From: Octopus bimaculoides
Lineage: Eukaryota
Reading direction: 5' to 3'
Length of the DNA stretch: 64,000 nt
Assembly: GCF_001194135.2 (NCBI RefSeq)
Contig: NC_068981.1
Span: forward strand, 151,577,011-151,641,010
Below are positions 1-12,340 of the stretch, piece by piece. The position numbers and the translations under genes are program-made. The notes under the pieces were generated by a model that made no database searches, had not been told where the DNA came from, and saw only the letters and a program-made list of their open reading frames with translations. Every line of letters begins with the position of its first letter. Position 1 is the first letter of the stretch.

Positions 1-544
1 ATAAAATTGGAAACTACGCCATGCACACTATAGAATATACAAAAAGAAGAAAATCGTTGAGAATTAACTACGACAATGTTTTACTGTTCAGTTACATTAA
101 AATGCTAGTGAAACATTAATGTAGTATATAGTGTATCATGTGTACGCACAGAATGTGCAGTAAGTACTTAGAAAGGATACAAGTATCCGCATTTGGTACA
201 TCTTTCATATAATTTATTATTCTAATTTTCAAAATGTGAATAGAAGTGATGTCTGTCAAATTATCAGATTCTTAAATTTATTGCGAAGAGTATAGTTAGG
301 TTAAAATCCACTCTCATTCCTCACTGATACTTATCGATTCTAAATGGACGTTTCCCTAAGTTGACGTTAGTAGAATTCGAAATCAGAATATGAAAAGTGA
401 TACATTCTAAATATAACAATGTGAATATATCGGTCACAATTTGTTTGTATTTGCGAAAGGAGGGGTATAGTAGGTTATACTGAGAAACTTATTACATTTT
501 GTTTTTTTGAACTCACAATAATTACATATTGATTTCAAATTTTG

Positions 545-698
545 GCCCAAGGGCATGAATTTTACGGAAAGGTATAAGTTGACTGCATCGACCTCTATTC
601 AACTGGTACATTTTTACCCCAAAAGATGAAAGGCAAAGTCGACCTGCTGCATAGCCTTTTGCCCAGCGTGCTAACGATTCTGCCAGCTCGCCGCCTTA
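545..698 (-). mobile_element. tRNA-derived SINE (family A, Nin/Deu-domain-like), internally deleted
   Basis: Reverse complement begins taaggcggcgagctggcagaatcgttagcacg and contains gtcgactttgcctttcatc, matching the family-A copies at 45.7, 46.0, 50.3 and 59.9 kb. Confidence 0.75.
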
Positions 699-2440
699 TA
701 ATAATTACACATTAAATTTAAAACATTGGTTAATGAAGAAAAAAAAACTTGACGTTTCTTTGTGTGCGTGGGTGTGGGGGAGTGCGTACATGTGTGTATG
801 TGTGTTTGTGTGTGCGTTTATTGTGTGTGTGCGCGCGAGCATGTGTGTGTGTGTGTCTGAGGGGGTAAACTTAATTTAAACCACAGTAACCTTTTTATCG
901 ACTATAGCAGACGACGAACAGTAACATCCTTGATCTTTTTCAGAGCCTCATAGAGTAGAGGGAAGATGTTACCCTCAGACTGGAGACCTGTCCAGAATGC
1001 TTACAAGAAAGAACTGGCTAATGTCTGTGGTGTATAATTCAGGAACAGACTAACTCTCTCAGCAAAGAACAAAAGCAGCCCTCTTGAATTATCTGCCTCA
1101 AATTTCACTAATAGAACATTGGTCAACCGGGAGCTATGGAAGAAGACACTTCCTAAACGTGCCTCACATTCGGATCGATTCCGAAAAAGAGTAGTTGTGA
1201 AGAAGACTTTCTAAGCATACAATTATGTATTACGCCCACTGATTACATTGTGTGTACATATATCTATGAGATTTTATGGAAGTTTGATCTTTCTGAATGA
1301 AATGCTTCTTAGTCATACGCTTTTTGACATTCGTGTCATATATTTCTTTATAAATGTTATTCAAAATGGTTTTGCAAGTCTCAGAAGTATTCCCCAGAAA
1401 ATTATGCGTACATGGAAGTTTATCCCACTGTGCAGAATAAATGCTTCCAGCAAAATCCACAGGTTAACCAATATCTTGAGAGAAAATTGACTGAAGGACA
1501 CTGTGTTGGAGCGCCCCGCCCCCGTATGTCTGCTCTCATATCTTTATCCATCTGTCTACTGTGTATATATATATATATATATATATAAAGNNNNNNNNNN
1601 TGTGTGTGTGTGTGTGTGTGTGAGTGAGTGTGTGTGTCTGCATATGTGCTTGTGTGTGCGCATGTGTGAGCGTGTGAGTGCATGTGTTCAAAATTAAGAG
1701 AATAAAAATGCAAAATGAAAAAATAGGTAAACATTAGTTTCACGTTCAATGTGTGATAAAGAAAGCAGAGGTGTTTTTGACATTGGTATGCCCTTCTTCA
1801 GAAATTTTAATAGTTATGAAAAAGAAATAGAGTACGGGAAGCAATTGAAAAGTGTGACGAGGAGAAATGTGTATCGCTTCGTGCAAAGTCGTTTTGAAAA
1901 GTGTCGAAGAAGGAATAAGGCTTTATACATACATGGACAACAGTAATCCTATGTAAATCATGTATATGTGTGCATCTAATTTTAATGTATATAGAGCAGT
2001 GTGTGTGTGGGAGGGTATAATTAAGAAAACTGTATGTGTATCATGTATGGTTATGAATTCCGTATGTGTATGTTTTTGCGAAGGGTTATAAATATTAATA
2101 ATTTTTAAAGAGTTTGTTTTTATCGCTTTAATTATTTCATCGTGTGTGTGTATGATATGTGTATGTGCATGTGTGTATGCGTGTGTGCATTGTGAATTCA
2201 AGGTTAGAGTTAGTATATGCGTGTGCGCGTTTGTATATGTGTTAACTGTGTATAAGGTGATGAAGTGTATGTTAAAGAAAGAGTGTACTGGTTGAGTCCA
2301 TTCGAATGGAAATTTGAGGAATGAAAATGGGTTCTCTTCGTGCTTAAGATGAGAATTTGAGAAACTACTGCGCAGGGCTGCAATGAACACGGAGAATATT
2401 CATCCACCTATGTAGTATCGATTACTCCCCTCCTTATTCG

Positions 2441-2474
<34 letters not shown>

Positions 2475-4940
2475 ACGAGCAAAGTAGTAGCTAGTTCTAA
2501 AATCTCTAAACGCGATATATGTACTAACAATACTAGACGGTAACATTTTTGCCATTAACCCCAGCAAAACGCCTTTTGCAGCTGCTTAAAATTATTATTT
2601 TTAATAATTTTTACACTTTAGACTTATATTTAAATATTTTAACTGTCGAGTGAGATAATTCCTTGCTGAATTTATATTCACTGCTGTATTATTCTGGCTC
2701 GGCACCATGATTGAGGTCATTTGATTTCAATTCTTGAGGTGTAACGATGAAACTCAGTATACACGTGTTTCCTTTGTGTTTCACTACGTATTCGTGTTCT
2801 ATAATTATATGTCCCAGCGATTCTACTGAAGATCCAAGGATAGTTAATTCATCAATTGATTGATTAATTAATTGATTTATTTAATCATTAATGGTGAAAC
2901 TTTGGAGTATAGAATTGACTGATATTTTAATCCTTTTAAATTGTCCTACTCGCTTTCAATGAAAGTGCTCTATATAAGAATGTTCTTTCGTGGTTTAGGA
3001 ATTTGACCGTCCTTTTTAGCATTCAAAAAGACCACATAGTGGTCTTCTCTCCGCGTATAAATTTTATACACTCATATATATTGTAAAAATATTTATGTTT
3101 ACTGACATTTTCTACGCATACNNNNNNNNNNNNNNNNNNNNNNNNNNNNNNNNNNNNNNNTATATATATATATATTTATGAGAATAATATCTTATTACAT
3201 AATAGAACTAACGGCCAAAAGTATGTAATATATTTGAATCAGTCTATTCATATACCTGATTTAGTTATACAATTTATAAAAGTGGAATTTAAATACAGTG
3301 ATACAGTGGTCATTTAGGATTAGATTAAGTGTTTGCTAAAAAGAATATAATGCGATTTAAAGCTATTGTCAAGTGGGACTCTCTTTTCATGACCACAGGG
3401 ATGTTGTAAAAATAAGACCGACGTTTAAGATAGTCTAAATCATCATTAATGCAAAGATGGTTAAATTCTATGGATATATACAGCAGTAAAGTTTAGCGAG
3501 AAAAATATCAATGCAGAAGATTTTACAGATATTTGCACTGTTAAGTTAAAAATCAATGCGCATTTTACAAGCTCATTTCCACCTAATCATTAGCTATAAT
3601 TACACACGCCATAATAATGCTTGTCTGTACTTGATTCACTTTTTAACATCAGCTTCAGAACTTACTATTTCGAGTATGTTGTTTCTAAATACGTCTAATA
3701 AATGTAAATGATTGCCTGATTACTAAATCAACTTCTGATGCATTGATCATAAAGCTTATTACAGCCTAAATTTGTGGTCGCATAAAATATCTCAGCTTTA
3801 ATTTTTCTGGAACTATATAGTATAAAGTTTTGTCAGAATAGTAATTTAACCACTCGATAAAATATTGATTGAAATAAATAATGGTTTAGATATTAACAGT
3901 TTAACACTCTAAAGGATGGTTTCCCAGTAAGACTACAGTCCAATTCGTGAAACTTATAAAAGAACTTTAAAGATTGGAGAGTTTGCTGCTTGTGAAATCA
4001 GTTCGAGCAAACTACGTAGAAGCAATCCTAATAAATTTTACATGTACTTCTGTTAACGAGAAACGAATATAAGTATCATGTCATACTCATAGAAACATGT
4101 ATTTTTGATACATTTGGTGAAAGTAAGCAGACTTGCCAGTATGGAACTATATTAAAAACCTTAACCGATAAGTAGATGTTTATATAAGAAATATCGCTAT
4201 CGCATCCCCACTGTCAAATGTTTGGTAATTTTTCTCATTCCTATCTGTCTATTTATCTATCTATCTGTCTATCCATCTGTCTGTCTATCTATACTTTTAT
4301 CTATCTTTTTACATACATATGTACACACACATATGATGGGTTGATATGCAATATATTTAAATATAATTAACGCGCATATAAAATATATTAATATATATAT
4401 ATAAAAAAAGGTAGATTTCAATACAAGAAATAAAAAATAAATCATTAAAACAAGAAATATAATACATAAAGAATATCCTGGATCAATTTAATGTCCCATA
4501 CTTAGGAAATCTTCGGTAGACAGAAATTCATTATTGAAGATGATGGGCGAAATTATTCACTATTTAATAATTTACAGAACTTCTAGCTTGATAAAGATTT
4601 GACATGAATTCCCTATACGTTTTGAAAGTATACATTTATACGTCATTGTCTTTAAGGAAAAATAACTGCCAAGAAACATGTGGTGTTGTACATTCTCAGA
4701 ATGCATTGTGAATAAATGAATGGATAACCATAAATTGAATTTCAATAAATGCATATATATAGTTAGAAAATGTATATATATATATATGAGTAAGCACAAT
4801 CAACTTCATTAGGGAGAAGTGTGTCTCTGAATGTGTGTGCACATCTGACTGTGGATTTTAATGTAATTTATATGAAAAACCTAATGACTCACTATCAATC
4901 GTTACATATTAACGATTTAACATTTTTTTCAACTTTTCAG

Positions 4941-5003
4941 AAATTCAAACGACATTTATCCATTAAAAACACGGAGCTTGCGGTGGATTATATGCTTGAA
5001 GAG
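4941..5003 (+). CDS. Candidate internal exon of an unidentified gene (KFKRHLSIKNTELAVDYMLEE, phase 0-0)
   Basis: Acceptor tttttttcaacttttcag, 63 nt, donor GAG|gtacaa. A second frame is also open, so the frame is not certain. Confidence 0.5.
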
Positions 5004-5700
5004 GTACAAAGCAGATGCTTAGTACAAAATTATAACGCATTTTTTATCTTAAATTTTTACCTGTTTTTAGACTAACATTTATGCTGACTATTAGTTTAAC
5101 TATTTCAATTTTATTCTCATTTCATTTTCAATTACTTTTTGATTTGTTCTTTTTTTTTTACGGAATCCCACGTTTTTGGTNNNNNNNNNNNNNNNNNNNN
5201 NNNNNNNNNNNNNNNNNNNNNNNNNNNNNNNNNNNNNNNNNNNNNNNNNNNNNNNNNNNNNNNNNNNNNNNNNNNNNNNNNNNNNNNNNNNNNNNNNNNN
5301 NNNNNNNNNNNNNNNNNNNNNNNNNNNNNNNNNNNNNNNNNNNNNNNNNNNNNNNNNNNNNNNNNNNNNNNNNNNNNNNNNNNNNNNNNNNNNNNNNNNN
5401 NNNNNNNNNNNNNNNNNNNNNNNNNNNNNNNNNNNNNNNNNNNNNNNNNNNNNNNNNNNNNNNNNNNNNNNNNNNNNNNNNNNNNNNNNNNNNNNNNNNN
5501 NNNNNNNNNNNNNNNNNNNNNNNNNNNNNNNNNNNNNNNNNNNNNNNNNNNNNNNNNNNNNNNNNNNNNNNNNNNNNNNNNNNNNNNNNNNNNNNNNNNN
5601 NNNNNNNNNNNNNNNNNNNNNNNNNNNNNNNNNNNNNNNNNNNNNNNNNNNNNNNNNNNNNNNNNNNNNNNNNNNNNNNNNNNNNNNNNNNNNNNNNNNN

Positions 5701-5746
5701 TCGTATCACTACGGGAAATTACTCTGAAAGAAATCTTTGCAAAAAG
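5701..5746 (+). CDS. 3' part of a candidate exon emerging from a gap (VSLREITLKEIFAK, phase-2 end)
   Basis: Consensus donor AAG|gtgagt at 5747; open frame; phase matches exon 12190-12340. The 5' end lies in the N gap. Confidence 0.35.
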
Positions 5747-6880
5747 GTGAGTAGATTGATTACATTATGTTATCGCAGTTTCGTGAGATTTGGCTGTTAT
5801 TTCTAGCATGTGCATAGCCTGCTTGAAGGCCTGAGGGTATATATTCTGTTTTTTCTTTCTGTTGAAAGATTGAAATTTTATAAACAAATTTTTTTCAGAA
5901 TCGTAATCGTATTTTTCTACGTATTTTCACAAAAAAGTGAAAAATAGGAGGGGAGGGGGGTAATTGAAATTTTGAAAATGTGATTTTTGGAAATTCATTT
6001 TTCAGAATTGGATCCTCCATAAGCAAAAACGTGAGATTCCGTAAAAAAAAAATCAATATATATCAATTTTACCGGAAGTTATGACGGAAAAATCGGGTCT
6101 TGTGAATTTTCCGAAAGTCCCCTCCCCGTCACCCAGGGTCGTCAGCGCGTATTTTTTTTCTTCCATATTCGTTTTCTACATACTTGTTAACACTTACCAG
6201 AATGTTTTATTTATTTATTTATTTATTTATTTATTTTGTTCCCGTGTGAAGATCTTTATATTGACCCCGGTTCCTCGTAGGTACGAAATAAACGTGGCTG
6301 CAGTTGTTTAGCCGCAGATAAATTGTGATCGAACAAATCTTAGATGAAATGCCTAACTATCATAATCACCTCGTTGTTCTGCATATCAGGGAAAACTTTA
6401 TCTAAAATATATCTTTAGACTGTACTGGATGCTTTGAGAAAGATTTGACTACCATTTTCATTAGGCCGAGCCACTGTCCGTGTACGAATTGCCTTCTTGT
6501 ACACCACAAACATACAAAAGATTATTATTAAGCAGAAATGCAACAGGCAAACCAGACGATGCTTTTGTGTCAGTAAAGATAGTTAGATAGACAGGCAAAT
6601 AGATAGATAGATAGATAGATAGATAGACAGATAGATAGATGCAGTTATATTTATATACATTTCACTATAATAAGACGTTATTAATTTTTAATTAACATAA
6701 TTAAAGAACATAATTAATTAAAGAACATGAATAGCATAACTTTGGAACACTGAAAACGTCTCACGAGAATATATATATAGTATCAAAGATTTGTGGGCGA
6801 AAATGCAAAGATAAAGCAAAGCGATTGTTTAAATATCTGTAGAAAATTCTAAACTAATTTTATACTACCCTTTTTTCTCT

Positions 6881-6988
6881 TATATCATGATATGGAACAT
6901 AATATCATGATATGGAACATAATAACATGATATGGAACATAATAACATGATATGGAACGTAATAACAAGATAGGGAACATAGTAACAT
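6881..6988. repeat. 20-bp minisatellite (aatatcatgatatggaacat), about 5.4 units
   Basis: Direct tandem units at 6881, 6901, 6921, 6941, 6961 and a partial unit. Confidence 0.95.
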
Positions 6989-7039
6989 CGAAAACTAATC
7001 AGTAATATGGTTAGTCCATATTACTCCGTAAGGGAAATG

Positions 7040-7215
7040 GGGCCGGTTTAACGGTTTCTTCCGCATATGTATTCAGCCTTGGATGAGACGTCGGTCCGTC
7101 GCAGCAACGTGAAATGAAGTGTTTTGCTCAAGAACACAATGCATCATCCGATCCAGGAATGGAAACCACAATCTTATTATCATGAGTTCAACCCCCTAAC
7201 TACTAAGCCATGCGT
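7040..7215 (-). mobile_element. Degenerate tRNA-derived SINE (family C); second copy at about 36760-36900
   Basis: Shared motif gtgaaa..aagtgttttgctcaagaacacaa..aaccactaagc in both copies. Confidence 0.5.
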
Positions 7216-8957
7216 TCCACATTCAGTAATATGGGAACAGTTTATTTTTACAAGAATATATTTACATATCATTCGTTATTGTTCTCTCACCGACAGCGTT
7301 TGTGTTAAAAGCGTGCTTGTATAAGTAATATGCCAATATTTAGAAACATGTCTTGATTTTTAAACATGATATTCATGGAACCATAGTGCGGACGGAAAAT
7401 CCTGAGACTAATTCGAAGACAATGTGCTATACTTGAGATTTCTAACTTGAGATTTCACTTAGTAAAATACAAATTGAATACTTGGTTGAGAAAAGTACAG
7501 CAATTAGAGAATCAAATGACGGATCTGATTACATAATAGCATCTTTCATAAATATAAATACACCTATTAATATAGTACCATAAAAGCAGCTGATTCACAG
7601 AATCACTAGAGCACAGGACTAAGTACTTTGCTATATTTATCTATGGCTCTTCCCCTTCTGAGTTCAAATACTGTGGAATTCGGCTTTCTTTTTTCATCAT
7701 ACCTTGGGTGATAAAACAAAGGTACTTCATCACTTTAATATTTTCCAAAGCAATGTTTGTGAATCTCTGTCGATGTAAGAAATCAAGAACGTAGTATTTA
7801 ACCTTTTCAATCGAAATTAAACATTAAAAAAAATATATCATTAAGAAATATACGTCAGCAGGTTATGGTTCCAAATATACGCTTATTAACAACTTAGCTT
7901 AAGCATTTAATAGATTTTCTTATCGCATCCAAGATGTAATGGTTCACTGAGTTGATATTATATACAACATTAAGATAGCAGATAATGCTAACATATTGCA
8001 AGATATAAATATTCTGAACTATAATGTGTGTGAGTACACAAACACACACACACACACACACACACNNNNNNNNNNCACACACACACACACACACACTTAC
8101 ATGCACACACATAGCGTCAGTGAAATACGCATCAATTAAGTTACATATAGCCTCAAACACGAATATAAAGCGTAGTATAGTTGCCATAGTTACTTTTCTG
8201 AAGACTTTTTCGCTGTTACACTTTTATAAAGCTCTTATCGAGAAACCTCAACACCGACTGAGAATACGATATTTTCTTTCCTTGTCGCTATGATATAGTC
8301 TACAGCAGTAGCTTAAGATAGAATGAAAATAACACTTAATTGAAGTCACAAGAAATGAAGACGGACTTCACGCAGCAATATTGCTATAGCATTATTTTCG
8401 CGTAATAAGTGTATGTATGTGCGCGCGTATATGTGTGTGTGTGTGTATGTGTGTATATATGTATTTATATATATATGTATATATATTTATATATATTTAT
8501 GTAACTAATATTTTATCGCATATATATGTCTATATATGTATATACATATACGTATGCATATATAAACACACATTTATATATGTATATATATATGTATGGA
8601 TGTATGTATGTATGCATATAAGAAATAGTGATACAACAAGGCACCAACGTTTGCAGGAAATAGCAGTCGATAACGATACGATGCTAAGTATGGTGCATTA
8701 TTTGGCTCAAAAGTGATACTATTGTATTGCAATGATATTTAATATGTATATACATAATCGAAATATGTTACAAAAATAAAATAGAAACTACACGTAGAAA
8801 TGTAAGGGGAAAGTAAGAAGAAAAATAAGCGAAAATGCACATTGGAAATCAAAAAAAGTAAAGGCTTTTTATGAAAGGTAACGATAGGTATATACAAATA
8901 GTTGAACTGAGGTAGGAATAAAAGTAATAAAAATCATTATTGTGAATTGTTAAAGAG

Positions 8958-9005
8958 ATTCAAAAGCATACCGGTTTCGTAATGTCACTAATCATTGCTT
9001 TGAAT
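8958..9005 (-). ncRNA. Type I hammerhead ribozyme (PLE-associated, A3-U8 core variant)
   Basis: Minus strand reads attcaaagca-ATGATTA-gtg(acat)tac-GAAA-ccgg-TA-tgcttttgaat: 10-bp stem I with one bulge, G-C closed stem II, palindromic ACCGGT stem III, GUA cleavage triplet. Confidence 0.75.
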
Positions 9006-9885
9006 GCACACCGATTACTGAACGGTGTCAGGTCTACTAGTCCCTGAATAAAAGATAATGTGTAAGGGAGGTAAGTTGTTGTGGATTTGGTGCAATTAGG
9101 GTATCTAGGTCTGTAATGTGAATGGTGTATGGGATGTAGGGGGGGTAGTAATATTAATTGAACGGTTAGTCGCGTTCTGCATTATGTAATGTGTTCATAT
9201 TTAGTTGTGGAAGATATTTATTGATGAAAGTTGCCTCTTTATTCATCCTTTGTTGTATTGAGGTGTTCTGTGAACATTGATAGAAGGGAAAAATTAGGAA
9301 ATTAGGATTAAGATTCCTCGCACACCTTTCTATATGTCCACTGACATGTATCTGTCTCTATTGTGGGTGGCGGATTTGTTTTTTGTGGAGAGTAGTTCTT
9401 CGACGGAGTGATATTCCTGTTTGACCAATATAATTATTACCACACCCTAAGCATGTAATGGCACAGGTTAGATTTTCTAAGGCACAGGTGAAATTTGATT
9501 TAATCTTAAATATTTCACCTTGTTTAAAGTGGAACTCTGAACCCTCCAAAAGGTGGGGGCAAGTACCACAGTTAGGTCGACCCCATTTTTTCACTTTTAG
9601 TTCTGTTGTTAATGAATATATTCTGGCGCTGGTTAATACTTTTTTCAATGATATAAGTTGCATTTTGCTTTTGATAATTTTGTTTGAGCCTAAAATTTTG
9701 CTCATTGTTTTATCTCTTGTGAGGATGGGTGGATTTTGGATGATAATGTTAAAGGCTTCGTTGTTTCTAGGGTTATGTGTGGAGATGTATGGGAGTATTT
9801 TTAAGTGTGGTTTAGTATTTCGGATGACTTCCCTTAATGTTCGTATATCTATTTCCTTAGCTCGTTTAATTCCACGTTTTTTTTT
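8958..9885 (-). mobile_element. Penelope-like element 3' fragment: RT thumb/linker plus GIY-YIG endonuclease (Neptune-like), frameshifted
   Basis: GIKRAKEID...NCGTCPHL...FTCALENLTCAITCLGCGNNYIGQTGISLRRR, continuing in another frame as RQIHVSGHIERC..IFPFYQC..KEATFINKYLPQLN, followed by a 3' UTR with a hammerhead. Confidence 0.85.
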
Positions 9886-10215
9886 CGTGCCCACTGGGTT
9901 ACTGCGCATAGGTCCGATTGAAGCATTGTTCGATCATATGCTCCGTTAATGACTTTCTGGAGCTTAGAGTTATGTGCAAATATTTTTATGGTGCTATGGC
10001 GGTAGTTTACAGAGAGCGATTTATTCCCCTTTTTAAAGATAAGAACGACTGACTGGGAGAGAAGGTTTCGAGGGATAAAACCGGCATCCAGTGATTTACT
10101 TCAGAGATTCGCAAGAGGAACTGCAAGTTGTTGTCTGCATTCCTTCAGCACTCTAGCAGGGAACCTGTCCGGACCCAGTGATTAATCAGGTTTGATTTCT
10201 TTTATTGCTGCTAGG
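9880..10215 (-). mobile_element. CR1-like LINE RT fragment with an internal deletion (same family as 41150-42590)
   Basis: SLGPDRFPARVLKECRQQLAVPL..KSLDAGFIP..VLIFKKGNKSLSVNYR joined directly to HSTIKIFAHNSKLQK..LQSDLCAVTQWA; clear DNA similarity to 41150-41230 and 41660-41780. Confidence 0.85.
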
Positions 10216-10619
10216 ATATAAGTGGTGTCGAAGGTTATGTCGTTTGCGTTTCGCTTGGAAGGAAGCTGGTATTCGACTGCTGCTCTTCCATAAACAACTT
10301 TGCCAGGAATTGTGCTAAAGAGAGAAACTTTCTAGGTGCAATTCCATGGTCACTTATGACCGAAGGGCTCTTTACCCTTTATATGGATGGATGGATGGAT
10401 GGATGGATGGATGGATATTATATTTATACATAGATGCATGTATCTATACATACACTAGCGAAAATCTTTATATTAAATTAGCTTCGAGGAGTTAATACAT
10501 CAAAGAATTTATATTCTCAATCAAGTACCTTGATGTCTGCCATATTTTGTTGCTCGAAACCTCATACATTACAGGAAAATACATTTCCTTCCCTGACAGT
10601 TATTCAATTGTCTGCCAGT

Positions 10620-10683
<64 letters not shown>

Positions 10684-11554
10684 TTATCTATCTATCTATC
10701 CATCTATCTATCTATCAATTTTTCTGTATACATATCGAGCTATCTATATCTATATATGCATACGCATTGAACATATATGACAAAAATATTTGTTTCCTTT
10801 GTGTCCAAAAGTTACACTGCATTACATGATCGATGTATAATAAAAGATATATTTTAGGTTGTTGTTCGATAGTTTTTAGAAATTTTAGATAATTTTTGAT
10901 TCTCCAAATCGCATCAATTTTGTCCTATGACACTATATTTTGTTACAAATTTTAGATCAAGACCACTAGAGCTACGTGAAATCTTGTTGATTTTATCTTG
11001 ATACAACACACTGTGTGGCATTAGGAAGCATTTTATCATATTCAATTTTCAGTTATTTTGTATAATAACACATCAAATTGCTTTCGGAGCTATAGTAACG
11101 GATTCATAAATTTAAAAAACATTCTTCTACATTTTGGTGGTATAACTATGAGGGACCTAAAATACGTGACAACCTTAAAAGCCATTGCAGATTTAAAAGC
11201 AATCTCCCTTTTCATTCTTTTCACTGCTCTATATTACTCGCAGTGATTTCATATTGTTTGTCATTACCTGTCACTAAAATGTGGCGTGAAAATATCACCT
11301 TTCTCACACTTTTTCAAAAATGGAGACGACAGAGATAGTGATCAAGACATGTCAGTTTCAGAGCATTATTGCATTGAGCAGAAGTCCTTTACTGACAGAG
11401 ATGTCAGGATAAACATCGTTCTAATGAGCCTGCAGACAAGACAAACACATTACCATATTGTATGTATGTATGTATGTATGTATGTATGTATGTATGTATG
11501 TATGAATGTATGTATGTTATCAATCAGTTTCATTTCTGTATTTCTTGTCCATAG

Positions 11555-11620
11555 AGAAAGAGCCGGACTCTAACATAGATTCAAGGCTCCTTCATTGGAA
11601 CTTTTATCAACATCATCTAG
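11555..11620 (+). pseudogene. Pseudo-exon: diverged partial duplicate of exon 12190-12340
   Basis: Aligns to 12188-12252 (core caaggctccttcattgg identical), has its own AG/GT sites, and has TAG in place of TTG in the inferred coding frame. Confidence 0.6.
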
Positions 11621-11782
11621 GTATTTGTGCATATGTGTGTGTGTGTGCAGTATTTGGTGTTAGTGTATGCGCAGATTTGTATGTTTGTTTTATGGATGCG
11701 TTTTTATGTATATATTTTCATGTCTAGATGCATGCATGCATGCATGTATGTATGTATGTATGTATGTATGTATGTGTCATTA

Positions 11783-12160
11783 TTACCTCCGCCTTAGTGA
11801 AGGCGGATGTATTGTTTTTAGTCGTGTTTACGTATATGTCTGTGGACGAGATATCTCAAGAACTGCTGGATGGATTCGGATGAAAATTTCAGGAATTTGG
11901 CCTTATGACTGGCACGAACCGATTAAATTTTGGGATCGATTCGGTACCAGACAAGGATTTGGGATTATTTTTCTTGTTTTTTTTTTTTCTTTTAACTTAA
12001 CTTTTGAGAGCGGTCGGGTTCATTTTTAGTATTCTCGTTTGGAAATGCAGTCGAGTTTACTTAAGATATTCTCATTTAAAAAATTATTTCTGGCTAATCG
12101 TTGAGAGGTTGTTAGTGTTGCCTTGGCGGAGGTTTGTGCCCTCTGATTTCTCTTGTTTAG
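11783..12160 (+). mobile_element. Non-autonomous Helentron/HINE (DINE-like) element
   Basis: Subterminal inverted repeat acctccgcc (11785-11793) / ggcggaggt (12125-12133), 5' hairpin ccgcctt-agtg-aaggcgg, T-rich ends, no obvious TSD. Confidence 0.6.
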
Positions 12161-12189
12161 TTTTATTTCAAGATCTCTTGCTAATACAG

Positions 12190-12340
12190 AAAGAAACGGT
12201 TTCTAACCTTGATCCAAGGCTCCTTCATTGGTTTTTCAACATCAACAACAGGGTATTTTTGTATGTCTGCAATGAGGAGAGTTGCCGAAGATAAAACAGC
12301 AGAGTTCAAGAAGAATGATATTTTTGAATTATTAAGGGAG
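12190..12340 (+). CDS. Candidate internal exon (KKRFLTLIQGSFIGFSTSTTGYFCMSAMRRVAEDKTAEFKKNDIFELLRE, phase 2-0)
   Basis: Acceptor ctcttgctaatacag, donor GAG|gtgaga, 50 open codons in only this frame. Differences from the pseudo-exon include synonymous third-position changes in this frame (ACA/ACC, ATT/ATC, GGA/GGT). Confidence 0.65.
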
